DNA of 64,000 nucleotides from Candidatus Bathyarchaeota archaeon (GCA_963717465.1 OY970340.1:296366-360365), one strand, 5' to 3'; shown: positions 1-10,208, counted from the first letter of the stretch. The notes: a model not told the origin generated them from the letters alone. Numbers and translations are program-made.

Positions 1-1
1 G

Positions 2-118
2 ACGTTGAAAATAAGTCCAGAAGTCCATAAAAGACTTTTAGATTTTGGCAAGAAGTCAGAAACTATAGACCAAATAATTTCTAGACTTTTAGATATAGCT
101 GAAAAGAAAGGAAAGTAA
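2..118 (+). CDS. small ribbon-helix-helix/antitoxin-like DNA-binding protein, 5'-partial
   Basis: Manual translation TLKISPEVHKRLLDFGKKSETIDQIISRLLDIAEKKGK*; beta-helix-helix pattern typical of small archaeal RHH proteins. Confidence 0.55.
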   Translation, partial: TLKISPEVHKRLLDFGKKSETIDQIISRLLDIAEKKGK

Positions 119-123
119 AATTA

Positions 124-279
124 GTGGATTCAAATAATGAAACTGGGTACAGTGCTATAAAATGTCCCAAATGCAAGGAAAATGAATTCAGATTCACTCA
201 TAATGTAGGATGGTTCTGCTCGTATTGTGGTTATCGAATAAACATTGCTGATTATTTTAAAAAGGGATTGAACGCATGA
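124..279 (+). CDS. small zinc-ribbon protein (51 aa)
   Basis: GTG-started ORF with CPKC...CSYC pairs; below the ORF-track cutoff. Confidence 0.55.
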   Translation: MDSNNETGYSAIKCPKCKENEFRFTHNVGWFCSYCGYRINIADYFKKGLNA

Positions 280-378
280 AAGTTGAAGGCCCAGTTTGTT
301 GACCGAAATCTACCTATGATAAAACCAAAGATGGAACGATTGAAAAGAAGAAGGATTTGAAAAAGAGGCATAAAAAAC

Positions 379-630
379 ATGAATAAAGGCAGATTATATG
401 ACGAATTAATTCCAATTGAACAATTATCTTATAAAGGTTGCAATACTCCTGAACTTGTGAATGCTAAAATAAAACAAATTTTAGATGAAGTAAAAAATGA
501 AATGCCACCATTTATCGAGAAATGGGTTGATAAAGTAGACGGAAACCCTGATTGGAAAGCAACGTGCGACGCCATGGATGAAAGAAACAAACTAAGAGAA
601 CAGTGGTTCATTAAATGGTTTGGTGAATAA
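379..630 (+). CDS. hypothetical protein, virus-like context
   Basis: 83-aa ORF with GAGG upstream, co-oriented with the other tiny AT-rich ORFs. Confidence 0.5.
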   Translation: MNKGRLYDELIPIEQLSYKGCNTPELVNAKIKQILDEVKNEMPPFIEKWVDKVDGNPDWKATCDAMDERNKLREQWFIKWFGE

Positions 631-875
631 AAGGAAAATAAAATGCCCAGTTTGTAAAGACGAAGGAAACGATTACCGAAACGATTACCCAGACTCAATC
701 GACTGCAAGCTTATAAAAGTTGTTTTTTATGATTGTTTTCCGTTTTTTGCTGGTTAGGTTTGCGATCGTCTACGCGCGCTATCGTCAATAGTAGCTCTTT
801 AATGTTTTGAAACTGGAAGCTATCTGCTGTATTTAAAAAAATGGAACTTGCCATGCCATGATACGGCTTTGCGTT

Positions 876-2123
876 TTAACTGCTTGCAAGGGGTCGTTCA
901 CCTAATGTTACTTGTACCACACTTTGGGTGCTGCTTTTGTTATCGGTTACAAATGTTATGTTGATGACGTCGTTAGGCTTTGTGTATTCTTCAAGGTACG
1001 ATGACAGATCGTCCATGCTTCTGATTCTAGTCCCATTAATCGCTGTAATGATGTCGCCACCTGTATAAACAGTTGAGCCGTCTATTGTTGACTCTGTTGT
1101 GCCTGCTTCAAGTTTATTTGCTGCTGGTCCTGTACTGTTTACCCCTTCAATTAGGACGCCATAGGTCACGCTTGCGTCAGTTTGTTGGGCTATGTCATAG
1201 GTCATGTCAGTGCCTTCAATCCCGAGGTATGGATGATAATATGGTTCGCCGTTTGCCAAATCCGACACTTCTCTGAGTATTGTATCTGAGGGGATTGCGA
1301 AGCCTAATCCTTGGGAGTCCGAAACTATAGCCGTTGTTATGCCGATAACTTGACCAGCACTGTTTAGCAGAGGTCCACCTGAATTGCCTGGGTTTATAGG
1401 AGTGCTGGTTTGGATGATGTCAGCTATTTCGTAATCGCCCGCAGTGTCCTCAATGATTGTTCGATTCAATGCGCTAACTATGCCTGTGGTCATGGAGCCT
1501 GATAATCCGTATGGGCTGCCGATTGCTATCACATCATCGCCTACTTGCAGTGTTGAAGAGGTGGTGATTTGAATAGGAACAAGCTCACTTTGATTTATGT
1601 TGGCAGTTGAAAGGACAGCTAGGTCTGAGTAAGGATCTGAGCCGAGGACTGTGCTGGTGTAGGTGTTGCCATCTTGGAAGGTTACTTCAATGTTTTGGGC
1701 GGCGCTGTACTCGTCTATTACGTGATTGTTTGTGATTACGATCATTGTTCCTGTAAGGTTGTAGATGAATCCGGAGCCTTGAACCTGCACTTGTTCTTGA
1801 GTTGTGTATCCAAACCCCTCATCTTCTGTTTCAGTTTGGATGTCTTGGATTACTACTATTGATGGTGATGCTTGTTGATAAATTTGTGAAAGCGTGGTGT
1901 TAGTCTGTGCTTCATCAGGTGAGGCAGTCGCGTTTCCGAATGTGGCTTTTTGGTTGTTTTGAGTTATGATTAGGTATACTTCTGCTGATAAGGCGGTTGC
2001 TAGTGCAGCTATTAGGATTATGCATATGAGGAATATGGCAAGTTTGTGGTTTGTTTGTTCTTTTGGTGGGGGAAGCATTTGTTTTACTTTCCTAAAGTCA
2101 GCTACTACTTGTGATAGTAACAA
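876..2123 (-). CDS. htrA: membrane-anchored HtrA/DegP-family serine protease with PDZ domain
   Basis: N-terminal TM helix, GSGF, TNNHVI, DLAVL, INPGNSGGPL catalytic motifs, C-terminal PDZ (GDIITAING); start uncertain. Confidence 0.9.
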   Translation of the reverse strand: MLLSQVVADFRKVKQMLPPPKEQTNHKLAIFLICIILIAALATALSAEVYLIITQNNQKATFGNATASPDEAQTNTTLSQIYQQASPSIVVIQDIQTETEDEGFGYTTQEQVQVQGSGFIYNLTGTMIVITNNHVIDEYSAAQNIEVTFQDGNTYTSTVLGSDPYSDLAVLSTANINQSELVPIQITTSSTLQVGDDVIAIGSPYGLSGSMTTGIVSALNRTIIEDTAGDYEIADIIQTSTPINPGNSGGPLLNSAGQVIGITTAIVSDSQGLGFAIPSDTILREVSDLANGEPYYHPYLGIEGTDMTYDIAQQTDASVTYGVLIEGVNSTGPAANKLEAGTTESTIDGSTVYTGGDIITAINGTRIRSMDDLSSYLEEYTKPNDVINITFVTDNKSSTQSVVQVTLGERPLASS

Positions 2124-2441
2124 ATTAACATATAAACCTTATCCCAACTAGCGCCCAACTTCTCCAGCGCCAACCCTTCCAAATTGTCAGGTCAGGCGCA
2201 CGCAAATGATAAATTGCATTTTGCACTTAAGTTCACAAAGTCGGCTATTTGTCAGGCTAATATTGTGCTCTCTAAGTGTCGGCTTTTCATTTTAGTTAGT
2301 GTAGCTGCTATTTTTGCTGTATCTTCAGGCCTCGCTTAATAGTCATCATGTAATATGTATGCTTGTTGTTGGTATTGCTGTAGTAAAGTTTTATTAGCCA
2401 TCAAACATATCTCCTTGAAGAAATTTGTAGTATATACCAGT

Positions 2442-2519
2442 GCTCCGGTAGTATAGTCCGGTCAAGTATTCCGGCCTTTCGAGCCGAAGACCCGGGTCCG
2501 AATCCCGGCCGGAGCACCA
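2442..2519 (+). tRNA. tRNA-Glu (anticodon TTC), CCA encoded
   Basis: GCTCCGG/CCGGAGC acceptor stem, anticodon loop CTTTCGA, T-arm CCGGGTCCGAATCCCGG, ACCA end. Confidence 0.93.
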
Positions 2520-2614
2520 ATTAACTTCTGAATTGGGTTAGAGACCTGTTTCTATACTAGTGGGAAAAAGAACAACGAACTTAGTCCTTCTTCGTGACAA
2601 GCAGTATTTTGGTA

Positions 2615-3462
2615 TCAATGGTTGTTGATCCAATCGCCTACTGCATCAGTCACCTGTCTTCTCTTTTCTGGGTCGTCAGGAAAATGGGATTTTGGGAAAA
2701 AGACATGATAAAACCTATAATCCGCATCTTGAAGGTCTTTAGAGTTTTGTCCTTTGACGCCAAGCTGTCAAGGAGTTTTTTTGCGCCTTCTGGCAGTACA
2801 TGGATATCTGTCTCGCCTTGAATAATCAGAGTCGGTGTTTGTGTTCTTGACGCATTTTTCAAGGCGTTTTTTGTAAAGGTCCTACGCAGCGAATAATGTA
2901 ACGTGCGCTCTGTCCATGGGCGTTTAATGGGTTTTCATTGAGAAGTTTGAATTCGTCACTGTTTTTGAAAGCTTGTGGCATTTCCTGGTCGCCACGCAAC
3001 ACCTTTTTGGGAGCGAACAGTAGTAAAAACAGACCTTTGATTACCAACCCTACGGGCGTTTTTGTGGCATATTGTATAGGTGGCGCGGCTAATACTACGC
3101 CATCAAGAGAAGCTTGGTTGTTTGCGGTATACCAGAGTGCATAGCAACAGCCCAAGCTGTGACCAAGCAGGAACACTTTCTTATTTTGGTGCTTTTCGTG
3201 AATGAAAGTTACTGCTTCACTTAAATCTTGCATATGTCTCTTGAAATTGCTTGTATCTCCCCCTTTCCAACCCTTTTTCCACCGAATTTCCGAAACCTCG
3301 AAGATCCTGGGCATAAACTTCGATTTTATCCTTTGCCAGAGCCTTTCCCAAGTTCTCAAAGAATTCCGAATTTACTCCTAAACCATGCACACATACAACG
3401 ACTCTCTGAGCTTCGTCAGTGACTTTCCATTGCCAATAAAATAGGGCAAATCCATCCGACAT
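2615..3462 (-). pseudogene. alpha/beta hydrolase (lysophospholipase-like), split over several frames
   Basis: VHGLG, DLRGFG, GHSLG nucleophile motif and PTLIIQGETD lie in ORFs 3217-3462, 2859-3359 and 2650-2862; the breaks may be assembly indels. Confidence 0.75.
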
Positions 3463-3860
3463 CGTAATATAGTTCTGAACTTGAGCAGATATGTACTAGA
3501 GCCCCCGTTTTATTTTGCAGTTTCTTGAGTTAATACCGTTTTTGCCGCCAGAGTTTGGGCAATTTATTTTATCTTTTGATTTGTGAAGAATTCAGCTGAT
3601 CAATGCCGTTAAAATTTTATAATTATTAATTTTATATGACCACCACAAATGGCTTTTCACAAGCATCACAAGGATAACTTTAGAACCAAGAAAGGGGAAA
3701 ACTTCGTCGTGTATAAAACAAGCACCGATTAACAGATAAATGAAAATTGTGTTTTTGAGTTAAAACCCGAATATAGACCTAGACCGAAGCACTTTTTGGT
3801 AAATTTGATATGAAGAAGGATTATTTCTACAATTTATTACCCTAAAAAGTTAAGTTTTAA

Positions 3861-4094
3861 TTGTTTCAAATAAAATACGATGATTGGTGTAACTGGATGA
3901 CTTGGAGAATTAGAGTTGTTTTCAGGGATTCTAATGGAAAGTTGCTTCATGCAGCGGGATGTTTGGGCGACAAGGATGGAAATGTTTACGAGTTTGCTAC
4001 TAGAAATGAGTGTTACAGAGCTATCAAGTCATTGGAGAAAAAAGACTTTTGTCAGTATAAGGGATTGTTAGAACCTATGGAGACCTTGCTCTGA
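3861..4094 (+). CDS. hypothetical protein
   Basis: 77-aa ORF in an otherwise empty interval; no motif recognised. Confidence 0.35.
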   Translation: MFQIKYDDWCNWMTWRIRVVFRDSNGKLLHAAGCLGDKDGNVYEFATRNECYRAIKSLEKKDFCQYKGLLEPMETLL

Positions 4095-4098
4095 ACCT

Positions 4099-4446
4099 CT
4101 AGCAGGTTACGTGAAGGATTGCAACCATTGTTCTCTTTTCACGCTCAATCTTATCCACGATAAGAGGCGTCGCCATCGTAGACGTCTTGAATTTACTCAA
4201 CATTTTCTTCGCTTTTTCCGTTATCGGCAATCCATTTTCGTAACCAGTTCCAACATAAACAACTTCAGGCTTTTCATCCTTAAGAAACCCTAGCTCTTTT
4301 TCCGACAGAGGAGTATGACCATAAACCTTCTTAAAACCCTTAGATTTCTTCTTTTTCCGATTTGTTATGCGACCGTCAACATGTAATACTATGTCTTCTT
4401 CATACTCATGCCCGAAAATCTCGACTGAACCAAAAGACGCATTCAC
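4099..4446 (-). CDS. Mth938/DUF498-like protein
   Basis: SFGSVEIFG start, PEVVYVGTG, C-terminal LHVTC. Confidence 0.8.
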   Translation of the reverse strand: MNASFGSVEIFGHEYEEDIVLHVDGRITNRKKKKSKGFKKVYGHTPLSEKELGFLKDEKPEVVYVGTGYENGLPITEKAKKMLSKFKTSTMATPLIVDKIEREKRTMVAILHVTC

Positions 4447-4583
4447 ATCGATTACTCTTCTACAAATAAGTAATATTTAGCGTTAATATAAACGCAAAGT
4501 GCACACGATTCCAAATTCTGGGAAAAAACAGTCTTTCCAAACTCAAATTCCTCTGCAGCTTAAAGCTTGTAATGAATTATTGA

Positions 4584-5400
4584 TTATTTTCCTCCTTTAA
4601 TTAGGCCCATGGCTCCTAATATGGAAGGCAGCTGTAACGCTGTCGAAATAAACGGTTCATCCCTTGTTAATTTGAACTCCACTTTTGTTATACCCCAACT
4701 TTGAATAGTTTTCACCAGTTCTTCTGAACTGCCATAAAGCCGCTTTAGCAAAAAAAGATCCTGAAAAGCGAAACTGCCACCCTTCTTAACAACGCGAAAT
4801 GCTTCTTTGATTAAGGCCATTTTGTCTTTTTGATCTTTAACTTCGTGAAAAACGAGGTTACTTACAGCAGCATCGAAAACCTCATCGTCAAATGGCAAGT
4901 TGGAAGCGCTCGCCTGCTGAAAAGTGATTTGAGCATTGACGTTTTCCAAAATAGCATTGTTTTCACAAACATTTTTTGAAAAACCCAATTCTTCCCCCAG
5001 TAATCAACTCCCACTAAACTTGCTTGAGGATACTTTTAAGCCAGTTTAATGGTTAAAGCGCCATTTCCACATCCTACGTCTAAAGCTTTACGTTGGCCAG
5101 CCCAATCTAAGTTAGCAACAACCAAATCCCAAATTCTACTCTGCACATCCTTACCATAAGAAGAAAGCAAAAAGTAAACATAGATAACGTATACAAGAAA
5201 CAGAAAAGCGCCGCTGAAAACAAAATAAAAACCCAAGAAAAAATAGCAAGCGCTGAAAATACGAGTACAAGTATTATTGGAAGAGAAATTATTCTCTTTG
5301 AAAACCAGCTACCATAATGCGGCTTATCCAAGCTAATGCCAACCGTAAGTACGTTATCTTGTTTTTTTAACAGTAAAATGCTATTTAGGTTTTCTATCAA
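4584..5400 (-). pseudogene. membrane-anchored class I SAM-dependent methyltransferase, frameshifted
   Basis: LDVGCGNG motif I, LPFDDEVFDAAVSNLVFH and two N-terminal TMs across three ORFs. Confidence 0.75.
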
Positions 5401-5664
5401 AATCTTTCCATTTTCAGCTTGAACTTATCGCCGAATAATTAGAGTTAAGTACTCGCGTATTTGGTCTTACTCTATGTTTTAGAAACCCTGAAAACAGCCA
5501 TTTTCAATAGGCAAAAAGCGAAGGATATGCAGGCAAAAAAGTTTTGTTCCGCAAGAAAAGTGTGAAGAGTCTTTTAAATGACAGCAAAATCATAGATGAA
5601 AACGCAGAAAATAAACAAATTTAACCGTCGAACAAGTTAAGTCTCAAAAAATAAATGATTTATA

Positions 5665-5696
5665 GTGTCATTTAGAGTCTGTACAAAACTTTTTAC
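5665..5696 (+). promoter_or_regulatory. conserved upstream element, shared with 55069-55100
   Basis: GTGTCATTTAGAGTCTGTACAAAACTTTTTA vs GTGTTATTTAGAGTCTGCACAAAATTTCTTA upstream of the paralogous genes. Confidence 0.65.
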
Positions 5697-5756
5697 CAGC
5701 TTAAAGTGTCAACCTCTCACTATATATTAAACCGCAAAAAACCGAAGGAATTAGAC

Positions 5757-6419
5757 ATGAGCGAAGAAAAACTAGATGCATTAAGTCAGAACAAAGAAGA
5801 AGCGCTTCTCTCGTTTTATTCTAGAATGGAAAATCTTCGCCTTGAATTCGCACAGGAAACAGTTGATTTCGCCAAAGAATGGTATGAAAAAACTGCTAGA
5901 CTTTACGTCACTAAATTTATTGAAGTAACCTCGAAAATGAGTGAAAAGAGACTTTACTTCATGAAAGTTAGAGTTAACGAGCTTATAAAAGGCGCTAATG
6001 ACATCGTCGAATTTGAGTTGTCTAATCCTGAATTGTGGTGGCACAAAAGACCCAAAGCGATATGCTCAGTCTCTTTATACACTCAGGCTGGCAACAAGTA
6101 CCCTGAAATTCTTGACCGGGCAGTCAGACATATTTTAGGAAGTTTAGGAGCAGTTCTGGAAGCATTCGGCTACAACGTTACAACCCAAGGAAACTCGATG
6201 GTGTTTCCGGAATTTTGGTTTGATTCCACAAACGGCCAAAGAATAGTCCCCTACTATCCACACACCCTTGAATGGTCAAAAAACATGCAGATCACAATAG
6301 CAAAATACAATGAGCAGTATACGCAGGCACTTGAACTCTTCAAAGAGGTACAGGAGCTAAAAAATCAAAACAAACAAATGCAAGTCGGCGTACTATGGGA
6401 CTCGATTGAGGCAGTCTAA
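5757..6419 (+). CDS. uncharacterised helical protein, paralog of 55175-55828
   Basis: Shares ELSNPELWWH.RP and KYPEILDRAVRHILG.LG..LE.FGYNVTTQ with the paralog; start set at the MSEE that matches the paralog. Confidence 0.8.
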   Translation: MSEEKLDALSQNKEEALLSFYSRMENLRLEFAQETVDFAKEWYEKTARLYVTKFIEVTSKMSEKRLYFMKVRVNELIKGANDIVEFELSNPELWWHKRPKAICSVSLYTQAGNKYPEILDRAVRHILGSLGAVLEAFGYNVTTQGNSMVFPEFWFDSTNGQRIVPYYPHTLEWSKNMQITIAKYNEQYTQALELFKEVQELKNQNKQMQVGVLWDSIEAV

Positions 6420-6577
6420 ACCCGCCGTTTCAGTTAAGCTCAGCTTTCTCGATACACTTCATTTTTCAAAAATGCGTTCATGAGCCAAACTTTTGCCTTC
6501 AAGAAAAAATTACAGACTTACGTTAAAATGAGAAGGGTTTGCGAACTTCCAAGAAAGCTATAAATTAACGCTATGCT

Positions 6578-7048
6578 TTGTGGATATTGTGGTTTGTTTT
6601 GTCACTTGAAGTTGTATCGCATGTTGAGCTTGAAAAATATTTAGGCAAATGGTATGAAATAGCACATCTCCCAGCCAAATTCCAAGAAGGCTGCAATGAA
6701 ACCATTGCTACGTACACATTAATGAAAAATGGCAGTGTATCCGTGCTTAATCAATGCATAAAAAATGGCAAGTCAAAGCATTCAAAGGGGAAAGCAAAAG
6801 TAGTTGATAAGTCGAATGCAAAACTTAAAGTAACGTTTTTTTGGCCGTTCTACGGTGACTATTGGATTATAAATCTAGGTAAAGATTATGATTATGCTGT
6901 GGTGGGCACACCCAACCGCAGGTACCTTTGGATACTCAGCAGGACCCCTCAAATGGATGACAAGCTTTACGCACAATTAGTGGAACAGGCAAAACTAAAA
7001 GGCTTTGATGTAAGCAGACTTATCAAAACTCTTCAGAAAGTGCAATGA
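6578..7048 (+). CDS. blc: lipocalin (Blc-like)
   Basis: KYLGKWYEIA SCR1 motif, GDYWII, YLWILSRTP; start may be about 6599. Confidence 0.9.
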   Translation: MWILWFVLSLEVVSHVELEKYLGKWYEIAHLPAKFQEGCNETIATYTLMKNGSVSVLNQCIKNGKSKHSKGKAKVVDKSNAKLKVTFFWPFYGDYWIINLGKDYDYAVVGTPNRRYLWILSRTPQMDDKLYAQLVEQAKLKGFDVSRLIKTLQKVQ

Positions 7049-7284
7049 AAACTAATTACGGTTCAATAGGGTGGATTTGCAAAAGTACCAAAACACGAAG
7101 AGTAATCAAATACTCACCCTCAATTCAACCGGCTTTTTTTAAAAAAAAGCCCTACCAATAGCAACCACGTATAGTTGAATCCTTAATTTGCATGCATAAG
7201 CAAGTCTTAAATAGCAAGCAGTAAATATGTAGCGAAAAACTTGAAAAATTCGTCGCTGCTTCAAAAAGAATAAGGTGATGTTGA

Positions 7285-8721
7285 ATGGTAGAGCAAGCCA
7301 ACAAATCAACGATTACTCTAACTCATAGTAACACAGTTTTAGGCATCGTAATGTTAGGCACCATGATGGGGGCACTCGACAGCACCATCGTGCTCCTTGC
7401 ATTTCCAACGATAAGCAGTAGCCTAAACTCTGACCTTGCAACTTCGATATGGATAATTCTCGCTTATCTTCTGGTCATCGCTGTAGCGACTACGCAAATG
7501 GGCAGGGTTGGAGATATCTATGGGAGGAGCCGAATATTCAATTTAGGCTTCGTGATTTTCACTATTGGCTCAGCGCTTTGCGGGTTCTCATCTAACATTT
7601 ACTTATTAATATCTTTTAGAGCATTCCAAGCATTAGGAGGAGCCGTTATGCAAGCCACCAGTGGAGCAATAATAGCAGACTATTTCCCAAGAGAAAAACG
7701 CGGTCGAGCATACGGCTTTAACTCCCTTGGCTTCACTAGCGGAGCGATGCTTGGCATAATTCTTGGCGGGGTAATCACTACTTACGCCAGCTGGCAGTAC
7801 ATTTTCTTCATAAACATCCCGATTGGAATAATCGCCGTCATAGCTGGATCAAAGTACCTCAAAGATGCTGGCAGAACACCCGCTAAGCTTAACCTAGTAG
7901 GCATGGGGCTACTTGCTTCAGGCTTGACATTGATATCTTTCGGATTGATAGATTTCGCTGCTGAAGGACTAAGCGCAACGAATATTTTCTTGACAGTCAT
8001 TGGAGCAGTGTTATTGCCCATCTTCTTCTGGTACGATCGAAGAATTAAAAACTCCCTGATTGATTACGAGGCTTTCAAGAGCAGGGTCCTACGTAATGCA
8101 ATATTGTCTGCCTTCTTCACAAGCGTAGGTTATTTTTCTGTAGTGTTCTTGGTTATCATGTACTTACAAGGCATAAGAGCCCTTTCGCCGCTTAATGCCT
8201 CGCTACTGCTGGTACCTGGATACGTAGCCGGCAGCTTCTTGGGCCCAATAATGGGCAGAGCTTCAGACAAGTACGGCTCAAGAGGAATAGCTACAACGGG
8301 CATATTCTTCCTGGCGTTGGCCATATTGATTTATCTTACGTTGGGTACTGAATCACCGCTTTACATCGTGCTTATTGCCTCAGCTGTCTCGGGTTTAGGA
8401 ACCTCTATGTTCTTCCCAGCTAACAACAGCGCTGTCATGGCAAATGCAAGAACTGGTTCATTTGGCAGCATCTCAGGTTTACTTCGGACCGTACAAAACA
8501 TTGGATTAGTCGGAAGCTATGTCTTGACCATCTCGGTCGCGGCAGCCTCAATACCCAGGCAAGTAGCTTTTGAAGTGTTCGTTGGAACAACCAAGCTTAC
8601 TGGTGGAGTGAGCCAAGCCTTCATTTACGGGATAGATCACGCATTCTACGCATCCATAATCATTCTTATAATCGCAGGCGTGCTATCCTTTATCAGAGGA
8701 AGAGATGTAAGAAAACCCTAG
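7285..8721 (+). CDS. MFS transporter, DHA2 (EmrB/QacA) type
   Basis: About 14 TMs; LDSTIV, GRVGDIYGR, WQYIFFINIPIG motifs. Confidence 0.9.
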   Translation: MVEQANKSTITLTHSNTVLGIVMLGTMMGALDSTIVLLAFPTISSSLNSDLATSIWIILAYLLVIAVATTQMGRVGDIYGRSRIFNLGFVIFTIGSALCGFSSNIYLLISFRAFQALGGAVMQATSGAIIADYFPREKRGRAYGFNSLGFTSGAMLGIILGGVITTYASWQYIFFINIPIGIIAVIAGSKYLKDAGRTPAKLNLVGMGLLASGLTLISFGLIDFAAEGLSATNIFLTVIGAVLLPIFFWYDRRIKNSLIDYEAFKSRVLRNAILSAFFTSVGYFSVVFLVIMYLQGIRALSPLNASLLLVPGYVAGSFLGPIMGRASDKYGSRGIATTGIFFLALAILIYLTLGTESPLYIVLIASAVSGLGTSMFFPANNSAVMANARTGSFGSISGLLRTVQNIGLVGSYVLTISVAAASIPRQVAFEVFVGTTKLTGGVSQAFIYGIDHAFYASIIILIIAGVLSFIRGRDVRKP

Positions 8722-8841
8722 AATCATGCACGAACCCAAAAAACCAGGCGACTATTAAAATCTAGAAATAGCTTGCTTTGATGACTTAATAAAAACTTTG
8801 CAAGGCGAAAATTTGGCAATGTGAAAGTGAGGAAAGTTTCT

Positions 8842-9054
8842 CTAAGAGGACCGTTTAGCTTCTTTAATTTGCTTTGTTATCTCAGAGGCCAAAACTGATA
8901 GGAACATGATGCTAAAAGCCGCCACTGCAATGCCCAACTTAAAAATCAAATCTATGTTCAAGAAGAAAAATGTAAAAAGAACGATAACTATCGTACATAT
9001 AACTACCACTTCTTCGATGGCGTCAAAATTCTTTAATGGATTTCCAAAACTCAT
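8842..9054 (-). CDS. small two-TM membrane protein
   Basis: 70 aa, two hydrophobic segments, basic tail. Confidence 0.55.
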   Translation of the reverse strand: MSFGNPLKNFDAIEEVVVICTIVIVLFTFFFLNIDLIFKLGIAVAAFSIMFLSVLASEITKQIKEAKRSS

Positions 9055-9286
9055 TTTGCGTCACTTTCTTGACCCTGACTTCTTATCAGCGAAAAATATT
9101 AACATTCTGTTGCTACAAGCCTTATTTCTTCATTCAGCAAACGCGAAGATGCAGATAAACGATATTTATGTCTTGTGGTTGCATCTCGGAAGCTCTGTTT
9201 CTTCCTTAAAGCTCAATAAACTTATTGAATTACTGATATAGAAACAACAAACAGATAAAACGGTAATTATTGTTTGCTATTGTTTT

Positions 9287-9385
9287 TTATGTCTTGGTTC
9301 TAAGCTCCAATCGAATACCATACAACACGACTGCGAATGAAACAACGATTACAACTACAGAAGCTGCATCAATTAGTCCAAACAT
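9287..9385 (-). CDS. 32-aa single-TM peptide, possibly KdpF-like
   Basis: MFGLIDAASVVVIVVSFAVVLYGIRLELRTKT*; GAAGGT RBS-like sequence, TATA-like box and shared operator upstream. Confidence 0.55.
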   Translation of the reverse strand: MFGLIDAASVVVIVVSFAVVLYGIRLELRTKT

Positions 9386-9451
9386 ATTTCTACCTTCTTT
9401 ATGCTTAGACTAGTTGTATGCTCGGGTAAATTTAAAGATGATTATGATTTG

Positions 9452-9468
9452 TTCATAATTCTTCTTAA
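9452..9468. promoter_or_regulatory. degenerate operator TTCATAA-N3-TTATGAA (site A)
   Basis: TTCATAATTCTTCTTAA, preceded by the same TTATGATTTG context as site B. Confidence 0.55.
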
Positions 9469-9556
9469 TAGTTAAACATATGTCTAAAAAAAGTTTATAT
9501 GTTGATTTTTCCTCAACGAGTCTAAAGTAACAAAACAAAAAGGAAAGTGAATAAGA

Positions 9557-9793
9557 ATGAAAGCTTACATACTCTTAAGCACCAAGCCTGGAACATCCTT
9601 GGAAGTTGTTGAGAGAATAAAAACTAAAGTAAAAGAAAACATTACTGCAGACGCAATTTTCGGTCGATATGACGCAATCGTCGTTCTCGAAGCTCAAGAA
9701 CTTGAAAAGATCAACCAAATAGTTTACAAAATAATCGAAAAAGACCCAAACGTAATCAAAACAGAAACGTCCATTGTGCTATCACCCATGTAA
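9557..9793 (+). CDS. stand-alone Lrp/AsnC ligand-binding (RAM) domain protein
   Basis: KAYILL...IFGRYDAIV...TETSIV; no HTH. Confidence 0.85.
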   Translation: MKAYILLSTKPGTSLEVVERIKTKVKENITADAIFGRYDAIVVLEAQELEKINQIVYKIIEKDPNVIKTETSIVLSPM

Positions 9794-9911
9794 TTGCAGC
9801 CAAAAACCTTTTCAGCCTTTTTTAGCTTCGATTGTGTCAAGAATTGTGTCGAAAGCAAAGAAAGGTGGAAAAATTTTTAGTTTTGCAAGGAGATCCTTTT
9901 AATGATTTTCA

Positions 9912-10208
9912 TTAAAGACACTTTGGCCCTTTATGAGCTTTAAGAACAATTGAGCTTACGGTACTTTTTACTCCTTTTATTTTCATTATCTTATTTTTCA
10001 GAATGTCTCTAAATTCTTCAATATCTGATGCAGAAACCATAGTTACAATATCAAATTCTCCAGTTACCTCATAGAGTTCTTCCAGATTTTTCAATTTGGA
10101 AAGCGACTCTAATACAATGTCCATTTCTGGAGATTCAACGAATATATCTACGAAAGCCAACAATTTTGGCATAATGTTCATCTTTCCATACTGGACGGAG
10201 TTCGACAT
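9912..10208 (-). CDS. stand-alone Lrp/AsnC ligand-binding (RAM) domain protein
   Basis: LYEVTGEFDIV...GVKSTVSSIVL; no HTH. Confidence 0.85.
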   Translation of the reverse strand: MSNSVQYGKMNIMPKLLAFVDIFVESPEMDIVLESLSKLKNLEELYEVTGEFDIVTMVSASDIEEFRDILKNKIMKIKGVKSTVSSIVLKAHKGPKCL

